Source: Candidatus Omnitrophota bacterium (GTDB taxonomy: Bacteria; Omnitrophota; Gorgyraeia; Pluralincolimonadales; Pluralincolimonadaceae). From it: a stretch of DNA of 64,000 nucleotides. The stretch lies in contig PLNR01000005.1 in the NCBI GenBank assembly GCA_003141835.1, positions 190,289 through 254,288 of the forward strand. The letters are read 5' to 3'. The notes beneath the pieces were generated by a model. That model saw only the letters and a program-made list of their open reading frames with translations, ran no database searches and was not told where the DNA came from. Shown piece after piece: positions 41,466-51,381 of this stretch; the stretch's first letter is position 1, and each line of letters begins with the position of its first letter. A program made the position numbers and the translations under genes.

Positions 41466-42746
41466 ATGGCAAAAAACATAGTCGTAGTGGGGGCACAGTG
41501 GGGAGACGAGGGCAAGGGGAAGATAATAGATATCTTCTCCCGCGATGCCGATTATATCGTGCGGTACCAGGGCGGCAATAACGCCGGCCACACCGTGGTC
41601 ATCGGCGACCATGAGTTCATACTGCACCTCATCCCGTCCGGCATACTCCATAAAGGCAAGATCTGCGTCATAGGGAACGGCGTGGTGGTCGACCCGGAAG
41701 CGCTCATAAATGAAATAGACAGCCTGCGCTCAAAAGGTATAGAGGTTGACGATAACCTTAAGGTCAGCGACCAGGTCCACCTTATATTCCCTTATCATAA
41801 AGAGATAGACCGCTTAAGCGAGCGCCGCAAGAAGATCGGCACGACAGGCCGCGGCATCGGGCCGTGTTATGTCGACAAGGTCGGCAGGAGCGGTATCAGG
41901 CTCGCGGACCTGCTCGATGACGAGCTCTTCAAAAAGAAATTAAAAGAGAATATCACGGCAAAGAACGAGACCCTGCAGAAATTATACGGCCATTCCGGGT
42001 TCTCATTTGACGAGATCTATAACAAGTTCGTAGAATACAGGAAGAAGATAGCGAAGTATGCCTGCAATACCACCATAATCCTGAACGAGGCGGTCAAGAA
42101 GAAAAAAAGGCTCCTGCTCGAAGGCGCGCAGGGGACGCTCCTTGACGTCGACCACGGCACGTACCCGTATGTCACGAGTTCCAACTCGACAGCCGGCGGC
42201 GCGTGCACCGGCACAGGCCTCGGCCCGTCAAAGATCGACAAGGTAGTCGGAGTGGTAAAGGCGTATACTACGCGCGTCGGGGAAGGGCCTTTTCCCACCG
42301 AATTCGGCCCGGACCTGATGGAAGTCATAAGACAGAAGGGGAAGGAGTTCGGCGCGACGACAGGCAGGCCGAGGAGATGCGGTTGGTTCGACAGCCTGAT
42401 AGTCAGGCACTCGGCGTTGGTCAACAGCCTCGATGCCATCGTGGTCACCAAGCTCGACGTCTTGGACGAGCTGGAGACGATAAAGATCGCGGTCGCGTAC
42501 AGGTATAAAGGAAAGACGTATAAGGATTTTCCGGCGAACATCGAAATGCTCTGGGATGTCGAGCCGGTTTATGAAGAGCTTCCGGGCTGGGGAGAGGATA
42601 CCTCGGGCGTCGGGAGTTTCTCCAAATTACCAACTAACGCCAAAAAGTATCTCAGGAAACTCGAGAGTCTCATAGGCGTAAAGATAGAACTTGTCTCTGT
42701 TGGTAGCAGGCGTGAGCAGGTCTTCAAGATGGGAGGAAAGAAGTAA
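41466..42746 (+). CDS. purA: Adenylosuccinate synthetase
   Basis: VVVGAQWGDEGKGKIID GTP-binding start, 426 aa. Confidence 0.95.
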   Translation: MAKNIVVVGAQWGDEGKGKIIDIFSRDADYIVRYQGGNNAGHTVVIGDHEFILHLIPSGILHKGKICVIGNGVVVDPEALINEIDSLRSKGIEVDDNLKVSDQVHLIFPYHKEIDRLSERRKKIGTTGRGIGPCYVDKVGRSGIRLADLLDDELFKKKLKENITAKNETLQKLYGHSGFSFDEIYNKFVEYRKKIAKYACNTTIILNEAVKKKKRLLLEGAQGTLLDVDHGTYPYVTSSNSTAGGACTGTGLGPSKIDKVVGVVKAYTTRVGEGPFPTEFGPDLMEVIRQKGKEFGATTGRPRRCGWFDSLIVRHSALVNSLDAIVVTKLDVLDELETIKIAVAYRYKGKTYKDFPANIEMLWDVEPVYEELPGWGEDTSGVGSFSKLPTNAKKYLRKLESLIGVKIELVSVGSRREQVFKMGGKK

Positions 42747-42750
42747 TAAA

Positions 42751-45099
42751 ATGAAAAGGTTGTCTAGGTTATTCTTGGTTGCTTCACTCGTATTAACGGC
42801 TAATGCAGCGCTCGCCCAGGAAACCGTAGCACCTGTGGTCGAGAAGTTCAAGCCGTTCGCTTTCATGAACGACCCGATATTATTTAACAATATGGAAAGG
42901 GTCGCGCTCTGGTCTGTTTTGGGCGTCGCGATACTGGGCCTTCTCTATGCCGGGTTTTTGATGGCGCAGGTCCTCAGATATGACAAAGGTACGCCGAAGA
43001 TGCAGGAGATCTCCACGGCCATCCGCGTCGGCGCGAACGCGTACTTAAGCCGCCAGTTCAAGGCGATAGTATTTTTGGTGTTCATCCTGACGGCCGCGTT
43101 ATATTTTACCGCGGGCGCCACGCACATACAAATAGGAAGGTCCTGCGCGTTCCTTATGGGCGCGTTCTTCTCGGCGATGGTAGGTTTCGTCGGCATGAAC
43201 CTGGCTGTCCAGGGTAATGTCCGCGTAGCCGCGGCCGCGAGGACGAGCTTCGGCCAGGCGCTTAAGATCGCCTATCGCACGGGAACCATAACCGGCATGC
43301 TTACCGACGGCCTCGGGCTGCTGGGCGGCACGGTGATATTCATGATATACGGCGAGCAGGCGTATGAAGTCCTGCTCGGTTTCGGTTTCGGCGGTACTTT
43401 ACTCGCCCTCTTCATGAGGGTCGGCGGCGGTATCTACACGAAAGCGGCTGATGTCGGCGCAGACCTCGTCGGAAAAATAGAAAAGAACATCCCCGAGGAC
43501 GATGCAAGGAACGCCGCGACGATCGCCGATAATGTCGGCGATAATGTCGGCGACTGCGCGGGTATGGCGGCCGATATCTTCGAGTCTTATGAAGTCACGA
43601 TCGTCTCTGCGATGATCCTCGGTTATGCGTCGTTCGGCCACAAGGGAGTTATATTCCCGCTTTTGGTCCGCGCGGTCGGCGTATTGAGTTCGATATTCGG
43701 CACCTATCTTGTCCGCACGAGCGACAAGGTCAGGAACGCGATGCACGCCATCAACGTCGGTTTCTGGTCATCGGCCGCTGTTTCAATAATCGGTTTTGTG
43801 GCCATAGGGTTCTATTACCTGAGGTTCTCTGACAAGCCGCAGCTTGCGAATTGGGCAAGCCTCGGCGTGGCCGGGCTTGATATGAGGCCTGTATACACGA
43901 CAATGGTCGGTATCATCCTGGCCATCGTCATAAACCGTGTTACGGAATATTTCACTAAGCCCGACGCCGCGCCTGTAAGATCGATAGCCAGGGCTACGCA
44001 GACCGGCCACGCGACCACTATCATTACCGGTATCGCGGTCGGCTATGAGTCGACGGTGTGGGCCATTTTAATTATTGCGGCCGCCATCGGCGCTTCAGTC
44101 TTTATATACGCCGGCACGAACCCGACGTATATTGCTTATGGCGTCGCGATGTGCGGTATCGGCATGTTGACGTTGACCGGAAACAATATCTCGATGGACG
44201 TCTTCGGGCCTGTCGCGGATAACGCGAACGGCATCGGCGAGATGGCGCACCTCGATAAAGCCACGCGCCAGACTCTGGCCGACCTCGATGCGGTAGGCAA
44301 CACCACAAAAGCTATCACAAAAGGCATCGCGATCGGTTCGGCGGTCGTCGCGGCCGTTTCGCTTTTTAATGCCTATATCACTGACATCGCGAAAGCCACT
44401 CACTCTACATATGAGCAGATAGCGGCTTCACTATCTATCTCAGAGCCGAATGTATTCATCGGCCTGTTGATAGGCGGCGCGATACCGTTCTTGTTCAGCT
44501 CAATGACAATAAGGGCGGTAGGACGCGCAGCGTTCCTTATCGTCCATGAAGTTAGGAGCCAATTCAAGGATAAAGAGATATGGGAAGGCACGAAGACGCC
44601 GGATTACGGGCGCGTGGTTGACATCTGCACCGCTGCCGCTCAGAGCGAACTTATCGGCCCGGGACTTTTGGCGATACTCGCTCCCATACTTGTAGGCTTG
44701 CTGCTCCATAAAGAGGCGCTCGGCGGTTTCCTTGCCGGCATGATCCTCTCCGGCCAGCTGCTGGCGGTCTTTATGTCGAACGCAGGCGGAGCGTGGGATA
44801 ATGCCAAGAAGACGATCGAGGACGGGCTTTACGGCGGGAAAGGTTCCGAGGCTCACAAGGCATCGGTAACCGGGGATACCGTAGGCGATCCCTTGAAAGA
44901 TACCGCGGGCCCTGCGCTCAATCCGCTCATTAAAGTCATGAACATGGTCGCTTTATTGACCGTAGGCATCATGATAAAGAACGAGAAACTGACTCCCGGC
45001 ATTATAATTATAGGCATCGCCGGAATATCGGTCATACTTTGGGTCATTTTGAGGTCCAGAAGAGAAACGAAAGAGATGTCCCTGGGCGATACAAAATAA
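42751..45099 (+). CDS. hppA: Membrane-bound proton/sodium-translocating pyrophosphatase with N-terminal signal-peptide-like extension
   Basis: Multi-TM protein with GGG(I/L)YTKAADVGADLVGK and DNVGDNVGDCAGM H+-PPase signatures; the N-terminal ~50 aa (MKRLSRLFLVASLVLTANAALAQE...) precede the first conserved TM. Confidence 0.85.
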   Translation: MKRLSRLFLVASLVLTANAALAQETVAPVVEKFKPFAFMNDPILFNNMERVALWSVLGVAILGLLYAGFLMAQVLRYDKGTPKMQEISTAIRVGANAYLSRQFKAIVFLVFILTAALYFTAGATHIQIGRSCAFLMGAFFSAMVGFVGMNLAVQGNVRVAAAARTSFGQALKIAYRTGTITGMLTDGLGLLGGTVIFMIYGEQAYEVLLGFGFGGTLLALFMRVGGGIYTKAADVGADLVGKIEKNIPEDDARNAATIADNVGDNVGDCAGMAADIFESYEVTIVSAMILGYASFGHKGVIFPLLVRAVGVLSSIFGTYLVRTSDKVRNAMHAINVGFWSSAAVSIIGFVAIGFYYLRFSDKPQLANWASLGVAGLDMRPVYTTMVGIILAIVINRVTEYFTKPDAAPVRSIARATQTGHATTIITGIAVGYESTVWAILIIAAAIGASVFIYAGTNPTYIAYGVAMCGIGMLTLTGNNISMDVFGPVADNANGIGEMAHLDKATRQTLADLDAVGNTTKAITKGIAIGSAVVAAVSLFNAYITDIAKATHSTYEQIAASLSISEPNVFIGLLIGGAIPFLFSSMTIRAVGRAAFLIVHEVRSQFKDKEIWEGTKTPDYGRVVDICTAAAQSELIGPGLLAILAPILVGLLLHKEALGGFLAGMILSGQLLAVFMSNAGGAWDNAKKTIEDGLYGGKGSEAHKASVTGDTVGDPLKDTAGPALNPLIKVMNMVALLTVGIMIKNEKLTPGIIIIGIAGISVILWVILRSRRETKEMSLGDTK

Positions 45100-45116
45100 C
45101 ATAACGGAGGAATCTC

Positions 45117-45737
45117 ATGTTTTCGCTGATCCCGAAGGAAGTGAAATTTTTTGATATGTTCGTCAGAAGCGCCGAGAACCTGTTGAGGGGCGCTAAGCTC
45201 TTGAGGGAAATATCGAACGATTTCAGCACTTTGGCCGAGGACGCCGCCAAGCTCGAAAGGCTCGAGCACGACAGCGACCAGATCACGCATGAGATAATGG
45301 AAAAACTCAACACGACATTCGTTACCCCCCTGGACAGGGAAGACATACACGAGCTCACGGCGGCCCTCGATGACGTCATGGACTTCATCGAGGCCGCTAC
45401 CGAGCGCATGGTCCTCTATAAGCTGAAGGCCCCTACGCCGGAGATTAAAGATATGGCGGAAGTCATATTGAAGCAGGCGGAAGAGATAAATTTAGTGATG
45501 CCGAAGCTCAAGCAATTGAAACACGCCCAGGTCATGGAGCATTGCATCGAGATAAACCGCCTCGAGAACGAGGGCGACAGGATACAGAGGGAGGCTGTGG
45601 CCAAATTATTCGACGAGAAGGCCGACGCGCTTGAAGTCATCAAATGGAGGGATATCTACGAATATCTCGAGACGGCGACCGATAAATGCGAAGACATAGC
45701 TGTTATCATAGAGGGTATAGTCCTTAAGCATGCATGA
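45117..45737 (+). CDS. DUF47 / PhoU-like phosphate-transport regulator family protein (Pit accessory)
   Basis: All-helical 206 aa with conserved Pit-accessory architecture, immediately upstream of and overlapping pitA. Confidence 0.7.
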   Translation: MFSLIPKEVKFFDMFVRSAENLLRGAKLLREISNDFSTLAEDAAKLERLEHDSDQITHEIMEKLNTTFVTPLDREDIHELTAALDDVMDFIEAATERMVLYKLKAPTPEIKDMAEVILKQAEEINLVMPKLKQLKHAQVMEHCIEINRLENEGDRIQREAVAKLFDEKADALEVIKWRDIYEYLETATDKCEDIAVIIEGIVLKHA

Positions 45738-46737
45738 TGGCCTCCTGCTTGTCATACCGGTAATCGCTTTTGCGCTGATCTTTGATTTCCTGAACGGTTT
45801 CCACGATTCCGCGAATTCGATAGCGACGGTGGTTTCGACTAGGGTGCTTTCCCCGCGTTTCGCGGTCATCTGGGCCGCGTTCTTTAATTTTATCGCTTTC
45901 CTTTTTTTCGGCCTCCATGTCGCGAATACGATAGGCAAAGGCATCATTGATATCGCCATCATCGACAAGACGATCATTTTCGGGACACTCGTGGGCGCCT
46001 GCGGCTGGAATATCATCACATGGTTTTTCGGGCTCCCGACAAGTTCTTCGCACGCGCTTATCGGAGGGTTGGTCGGCTCGGCATTGGTAAAAGCCGGCAC
46101 CGGCGCTCTTGTATGGAACGGGATAATTAAGACGGTGGTTTTTATTTTCGTTTCACCGATACTCGGTTTTTTCCTGGGCCTGGCCTTCGGCGTGGCGGTA
46201 TACTGGATCTTCAGCAGGAGCTCGCCGACCAGGGTCGACCACGTTTTCAGGAAAGGGCAGCTTGTATCGGCGGCGCTCTATAGTCTGGGCCACGGCGGCA
46301 ACGACGCGCAAAAGACGATGGGCATTATCGCCAGCCTTCTTTTCAGCGCGGGTTACCTTGGCCCGACATTCCACATCCCCCTTTGGATCGTGTTGACGTG
46401 CCATGCGGCTATTGCCCTCGGCACGATGTTCGGCGGGTGGCGCATCGTCAAGACTATGGGCCAGAAGGTCTCGAAACTCAAGCCGGTCGACGGTTTTTGC
46501 GCCGAGTCAGGCGCCGCGGCCACATTGTTCATGTCTTCGGCGTTCGGCATCCCGGTGAGCACCACGCACACGATCACCGGCGCTATCATGGGCGTCGGTT
46601 CGCTCAAAAGGTTGAGCGCGGTCAAATGGGGCGTCGCGGGCCAGATCGTATGGGCGTGGGTATTGACCATACCGTGCTCGGCGGCGATATCGGCATTGAC
46701 TTATTTTTTGATCCGTTTCGCCAGATCCCGCTTTTAA
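45730..46737 (+). CDS. pitA: Inorganic phosphate transporter, PiT family
   Basis: FLNGFHDSANSIAT and GHGGNDAQKTMGII twin PiT signatures. Confidence 0.9.
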   Translation: MHDGLLLVIPVIAFALIFDFLNGFHDSANSIATVVSTRVLSPRFAVIWAAFFNFIAFLFFGLHVANTIGKGIIDIAIIDKTIIFGTLVGACGWNIITWFFGLPTSSSHALIGGLVGSALVKAGTGALVWNGIIKTVVFIFVSPILGFFLGLAFGVAVYWIFSRSSPTRVDHVFRKGQLVSAALYSLGHGGNDAQKTMGIIASLLFSAGYLGPTFHIPLWIVLTCHAAIALGTMFGGWRIVKTMGQKVSKLKPVDGFCAESGAAATLFMSSAFGIPVSTTHTITGAIMGVGSLKRLSAVKWGVAGQIVWAWVLTIPCSAAISALTYFLIRFARSRF

Positions 46738-46766
46738 TTGACATAGAAGCGCTTTTTTGATAAGAT
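46738..46766 (+). promoter_or_regulatory. Candidate promoter TTGACA-N17-TAAGAT
   Basis: Begins immediately after the pitA stop; AAAGGAG RBS at 46772-46778 before the GTG at 46786. Confidence 0.35.
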
Positions 46767-46785
46767 TAAAAAAGGAGTTGCTCCG

Positions 46786-47499
46786 GTGCGGAGGCCTTTC
46801 TATACAGCGGTTTTAGCCCTCATTTTGATTTCGTTCTTCAATTCGGCAAATCCGGAAGAGAAGGCCATAGAGGCTGCGCCCTCGCCCGTAACATCGTCGA
46901 CGGCGGCAGCCGTTGAAGTTCCGGCACCGCCGGCGTTGCCGGCGGCAACACCGGCGATACCCGAAGAAGAATCGGTGAAGGTCCTTATCGATGATTTCCT
47001 TCCCGACGGGGCCGTGGCACAGGGTACATGGGATTGGGATAGTGCGTTAAAATACCGCGGCGAAAAGTCCCACACGCAGCCGGCGGCGAAAGGTTTGACA
47101 GAGCATTCTTACAGGGCCGCTCCGGTAGACGTACCGGAGGGCTGTTTATTGGAACAATATGTATACCTTGATCCCAAGGATACCCCGACCGGGATAATGC
47201 TGACGTTCAAGTTCGAGGCCGAGGACAGGGAAGGCGAGATCGGCGTCTATCGCGAGGGCGAGGAAGAGGTATTCGTCTTCAATGAAGACGAGCCGGTGAT
47301 ATACGATGGTACGTTACCGGAATCCGGCAAATGGGAAAAATGGACTATCGATCCCGATGACCTCGACCTTAAGGGCGCCAAGATAACAGGTATCTCATTC
47401 GCGGTCTACGGCGGAAAGGCGAACTGGGACCTTACGCGTTTCGTTCCGTCGAAAAAAATAAAACAAAATTCGGAACCCTGGAAGGGTCCTAATAACTAA
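46786..47499 (+). CDS. Hypothetical secreted protein (signal peptide, Ala/Pro-rich linker, acidic beta-rich domain)
   Basis: N-terminal hydrophobic signal, no recognisable catalytic motifs. Confidence 0.5.
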   Translation: MRRPFYTAVLALILISFFNSANPEEKAIEAAPSPVTSSTAAAVEVPAPPALPAATPAIPEEESVKVLIDDFLPDGAVAQGTWDWDSALKYRGEKSHTQPAAKGLTEHSYRAAPVDVPEGCLLEQYVYLDPKDTPTGIMLTFKFEAEDREGEIGVYREGEEEVFVFNEDEPVIYDGTLPESGKWEKWTIDPDDLDLKGAKITGISFAVYGGKANWDLTRFVPSKKIKQNSEPWKGPNN

Positions 47500-47510
47500 A
47501 GGAGAGGGGC

Positions 47511-48011
47511 ATGTCAAAGAAAAGCGTGGTAGTGTTAGTGGTAGTGTTATCGGTATTCCTTTTGTCCAGCATCGTCCTGGCGATGGGCAGGAAAGTAAAA
47601 CCCGCAGAACAGCAGCCCGCGTCGCTCGGCACGTCACAACCGGAAGTCGAATTGGTAAAACCCGAACAACTCGAAACAACCCCTCCTATAACCGAAGAGA
47701 TGAAAGAGAAGAAACCCCAGGATACGGGCATACAGCTCGCCGGGGATGAAGCGACGAAGAACAGGCAGGTACAGGCCGCCCTTAAGAACGCCGGCTACGA
47801 TCCCGGGACCATCGACGGGAAATTAGGCGCCAAATCGAAGAAGGCGATAAAGGATTTCCAGGCAGCAAACGGCCTTAAAGCCGACGGCAAAGTCGGGGCT
47901 AAGACATGGGCGAAATTGAGCACATATATTTTACCGGCCGGGACCACGGAGAGCGGAGCCGCCCCGGTTACGAATTTTGAAAAGGCCGCGCCGAAAAAAG
48001 GAGGCAAATAA
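47511..48011 (+). CDS. Peptidoglycan-binding domain (PGBD-1-like) protein with signal anchor
   Basis: C-terminal ALKNAGYDPGTIDGKLGAKSKKAIKDFQAANGLKADGKVGAKTW PG_binding_1 motif. Confidence 0.7.
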   Translation: MSKKSVVVLVVVLSVFLLSSIVLAMGRKVKPAEQQPASLGTSQPEVELVKPEQLETTPPITEEMKEKKPQDTGIQLAGDEATKNRQVQAALKNAGYDPGTIDGKLGAKSKKAIKDFQAANGLKADGKVGAKTWAKLSTYILPAGTTESGAAPVTNFEKAAPKKGGK

Positions 48012-48682
48012 TGTTCAAGATATCCAGGTTAGGCATAACTGCATTATTATTGGCCGCGGTCTTCGCGGCCTCAGGTTGCGCGGTAGGATTCTACAAGCGC
48101 AGCCCCAACGACATGAAGAAGATAGAAGACCTCAAGGGCGAGGTCGATCGCCTCATGTTATTGAGGAACCAGGAGAACAGGGAGCTTGAGGCTGCCAAAG
48201 CCGAGCTCGAGAAGAGGCTAAGGGGCGAGCAAGGCGTAAGCGTAGAGATGAGCGAGCGCGGCCTCGTCGTGACTTTCCTCGCAGAGGTGCTCTTCGATTC
48301 CGGCAAGGCGAAAGTAAAGGCCGGCGCGCACGATGTTTTGGATAAAGTCGCGAAGGTAATTACCGATAAGGCCCCGGACAGGAACATCGCGGTCGAGGGC
48401 CATACCGATAACGAGCCGATAAAGAAATCCGGCTGGAAGTCGAACTGGGAGCTTTCCACGGCCAGGGCGACGTCGGTCCTCCATTATCTCGAGGAGAAGG
48501 GCATGGATCCCAGGAAATTACAGGCTACCGGTTACGGCGAATACCGTACGGTTGCTTCCAACGATACAGTCGAGGGCAGGCAGAAGAACAGAAGGGTAGA
48601 GATCATAATATTGCCTAAGATGTCGAAGGCTGAATCCGAATTCCTCAAGGAGCACGAGAAGGAGTCGGAATACACTAAATAG
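48011..48682 (+). CDS. OmpA/MotB-domain lipoprotein with coiled-coil segment
   Basis: Lipobox AASGC; C-terminal OmpA-like ...NIAVEGHTDNEPIKKSGWKSNWELSTARATSVLHYL...NRRVEI. Confidence 0.8.
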   Translation: MFKISRLGITALLLAAVFAASGCAVGFYKRSPNDMKKIEDLKGEVDRLMLLRNQENRELEAAKAELEKRLRGEQGVSVEMSERGLVVTFLAEVLFDSGKAKVKAGAHDVLDKVAKVITDKAPDRNIAVEGHTDNEPIKKSGWKSNWELSTARATSVLHYLEEKGMDPRKLQATGYGEYRTVASNDTVEGRQKNRRVEIIILPKMSKAESEFLKEHEKESEYTK

Positions 48683-48708
48683 GACGGCTTTAGATAGCGG
48701 AAGCGAAA

Positions 48709-48741
48709 AAACGTCGTCCTCATCATCCGGGGACGACGTTT
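48709..48741 (+). terminator. Stem-loop (11-bp stem aaacgtcgtcc/ggacgacgttt) after the OmpA-family gene, followed by a T-rich tract
   Basis: Inverted repeat 48709-48719 / 48731-48741 followed by tgattatc. Confidence 0.45.
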
Positions 48742-49798
48742 GATTATCGGGAGGAGGCGGATTTTCATGAAGAAGAAAAAGACCAAAATCGCAAAGAAGA
48801 TCATTAAAAAAACGGTGAAAGCCGTGAAAAAAAAGGCCGGGGCCGCTGCCGGGCGGGTGATAAAGAAGGTGAAGCCCGCCGCAAGAAAGGCTAAAAAGAC
48901 GCGCGCCGCCAGGAAGATAGCGGCGATCATGACCCCGAGGGTCGAGGTGGGCCGCGACAGGGCCGAGGAATCCAAATATTACCCGCGTCCCACGCCTTAT
49001 CTGCCTCCGAGGCAATGGGAGCACGAGGAGTTACCGTCGAAATACGGCGATACCCGCATCGTCGCGATGACAAGGGATCCCCATTGGATATTCGCTTATT
49101 GGGAGGTCACCGACGACAGGCGCATGCAGGTCGAGCGCGAGGCAAGCGCTTCGTGGAACGACCTCAGGAAAGTATTGCGCGTCTACGATGTCACCGGCAA
49201 GGACTTCAACGGCTCGAATGCCAACAGGTTTTTTGATATAGACATTAACTCCGAAGCCATTAACTGGTACATCAACGTCGGCGAGCCGAACAGGTCCTGG
49301 TGCGTCGACTTGGGCGCGATCACGTCGAGCGGAAAGTTCATCATGATCGCCCGCTCGAATATCGTCTCCACGCCGCGCGACGGCGCCTCTGACGTCATCG
49401 ACGAAGAGTGGATGTCGGTCGAGGAGCAGTTCCTGAAACTCTACGGCCTCTGGGGAGGGTTCGCCGGCGCGTCGCCGGGCAAAGCCCAGATAAAAAAGAT
49501 AATGAAGGAACGCCTCCAGCAGGCGCTTGCTTCCGGAGGGATCAGCTCCTTCACCCGGCCGGAAAAATTCCGCGGCTTTTGGATGGTCGTAAACACGGAG
49601 CTTATAGTATACGGCGCGACCGAGCCTGACGCGACTGTCACGGTCCAGGGCAGGCCCATAAAGCTCAACCGCGACGGGTCGTTCTCGCTGCGTTTCGCGC
49701 TTCCCGACGGGGAGCAGGTGATACCGGTGAAGGGTGTCTCAGCCGACAAGGCAGAAGAGAGAACGATAACGCCCATAGTCAAGAAATACACAAGATAA
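48740..49798 (+). CDS. DUF4912 domain protein (Lys-rich N-terminus); start may be the ATG at 48767
   Basis: ...RDPHWIFAYWEV...INWYINVGEPNRSWCVDLG..., typical DUF4912; adjacent to GH57 as commonly seen. Confidence 0.7.
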   Translation: MIIGRRRIFMKKKKTKIAKKIIKKTVKAVKKKAGAAAGRVIKKVKPAARKAKKTRAARKIAAIMTPRVEVGRDRAEESKYYPRPTPYLPPRQWEHEELPSKYGDTRIVAMTRDPHWIFAYWEVTDDRRMQVEREASASWNDLRKVLRVYDVTGKDFNGSNANRFFDIDINSEAINWYINVGEPNRSWCVDLGAITSSGKFIMIARSNIVSTPRDGASDVIDEEWMSVEEQFLKLYGLWGGFAGASPGKAQIKKIMKERLQQALASGGISSFTRPEKFRGFWMVVNTELIVYGATEPDATVTVQGRPIKLNRDGSFSLRFALPDGEQVIPVKGVSADKAEERTITPIVKKYTR

Positions 49799-51379
49799 AT
49801 GGAAAAAGGCTACCTCTGCATAGTCCTGCACAGCCACCTGCCCTATGTCCGGCATCCGGAATATGAGGACTTCCTCGAGGAGGACTGGCTTTACGAGGCG
49901 ATAACCGAGACATACATCCCGCTTATCAGCGTCTATAACGGGCTGGTCAAAGATGGCGTGGATTTTCGCATAACGATGTCGATCACGCCTACGCTATGCT
50001 CGATGCTCGCCGACCCGCTCCTCCAGGACAGGTATGTTAAGCATCTCGAATCCCTCATCGAACTCTCCGCCAAAGAAGTGGAGCGCACGAGATGGGAACC
50101 CGCATTTAACAGGCTCGCCCTGATGTACCAGGCGAAATTCATCGAGACCCGCCAGATATTCGCCGACAAATACCATAAGAATATCCTGACCGCGTTCAAG
50201 GAATTCCAGGATATGGGCAAGCTCGAGATAATAACCTGCAACGCCACGCACGGCTTCCTGCCGCTCATGGAGGTCAACCCGAAATCGGTGCAGGCGCAGG
50301 TCCATGTCGGCGCCGACAATTACGAGAGGTTCTTCGGCAGGCGCCCGAGGGGCACGTGGCTCGCCGAATGCGGTTATTATCCCGGCGTCGATAAGTACGT
50401 GAAGGAAGCGGGGGTAAGGTATTTCTTCGTCGATACTCACGCGATACTCCACGCCAGCCCGCGCCCGAAATACGGCGTCTACGCGCCGATATTCTGCAGG
50501 TCCGGCGTCGCCGCCTTCGGCAGGGATTTCGAATCCTCGAAACAGGTCTGGAGTTCGATCGAGGGCTATCCCGGTGATTTCAATTACCGCGACTTCTACC
50601 GCGATATAGGTTTCGACCTTGATTTCGATTACATAAAACCCTACATACAAAAAGACGGCATCAGGATAAACACGGGGATGAAATATTACAGGATAACAGG
50701 CAAGACCGACCAGAAGGAACCGTACAATCCCGACTGGGCGCGCGACTCGGCCGGGGCTCACGCCGGGAATTTCGTCTTCAACAGGGTGAAACAGGTTGAG
50801 TACCTTTTCGACGTGATGGGGAAGAAGCCGATGATCGTCGCCCCTTACGACGCGGAGCTCTACGGCCACTGGTGGTACGAGGGCCCGATGTTCCTCGATT
50901 TCCTTTTCAGGAAACTGCATTACGACCAGAAGACGGTAAAAGCCATAACGCCTTCGGAATATCTCGAACTGAACCCGCGCAACCAGGTCTCGACACCGTC
51001 GATGTCGAGCTGGGGTTACAAGGGATACGCCGAGCACTGGCTCGACGGCTCCAATGACTGGATATACAGGCACCTGCATAAGGCCTCTGACCGTATGACT
51101 GAATTGGCCGGTACTTACAAGGATGCGGCAGGGTTGCAGCGCCGCGCCCTCAACCAGGCGTTACGCGAGCTGCTGCTCGCTCAATCCAGCGATTGGGCCT
51201 TCATAATGAAGACCGGCACCGTCGTCCAGTACGCGGTGAAGAGGACCAAGGACCATATTTTAAGGTTTACCCGGCTCTATGACGACATAAAGGCGGACCG
51301 CGTAGATGAGGCGTGGCTCGCCGATATCGAATCGAAGGATAATATCTTTCCGGAGATAGACTACAGAGTCCATACCTAA
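49799..51379 (+). CDS. Glycoside hydrolase family 57 alpha-glucan branching enzyme-like protein (DUF1957)
   Basis: N-terminal GYLCIVLHSHLPYVRHPE GH57 signature, 526 aa. Confidence 0.8.
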   Translation: MEKGYLCIVLHSHLPYVRHPEYEDFLEEDWLYEAITETYIPLISVYNGLVKDGVDFRITMSITPTLCSMLADPLLQDRYVKHLESLIELSAKEVERTRWEPAFNRLALMYQAKFIETRQIFADKYHKNILTAFKEFQDMGKLEIITCNATHGFLPLMEVNPKSVQAQVHVGADNYERFFGRRPRGTWLAECGYYPGVDKYVKEAGVRYFFVDTHAILHASPRPKYGVYAPIFCRSGVAAFGRDFESSKQVWSSIEGYPGDFNYRDFYRDIGFDLDFDYIKPYIQKDGIRINTGMKYYRITGKTDQKEPYNPDWARDSAGAHAGNFVFNRVKQVEYLFDVMGKKPMIVAPYDAELYGHWWYEGPMFLDFLFRKLHYDQKTVKAITPSEYLELNPRNQVSTPSMSSWGYKGYAEHWLDGSNDWIYRHLHKASDRMTELAGTYKDAAGLQRRALNQALRELLLAQSSDWAFIMKTGTVVQYAVKRTKDHILRFTRLYDDIKADRVDEAWLADIESKDNIFPEIDYRVHT

Positions 51380-51381
51380 AG

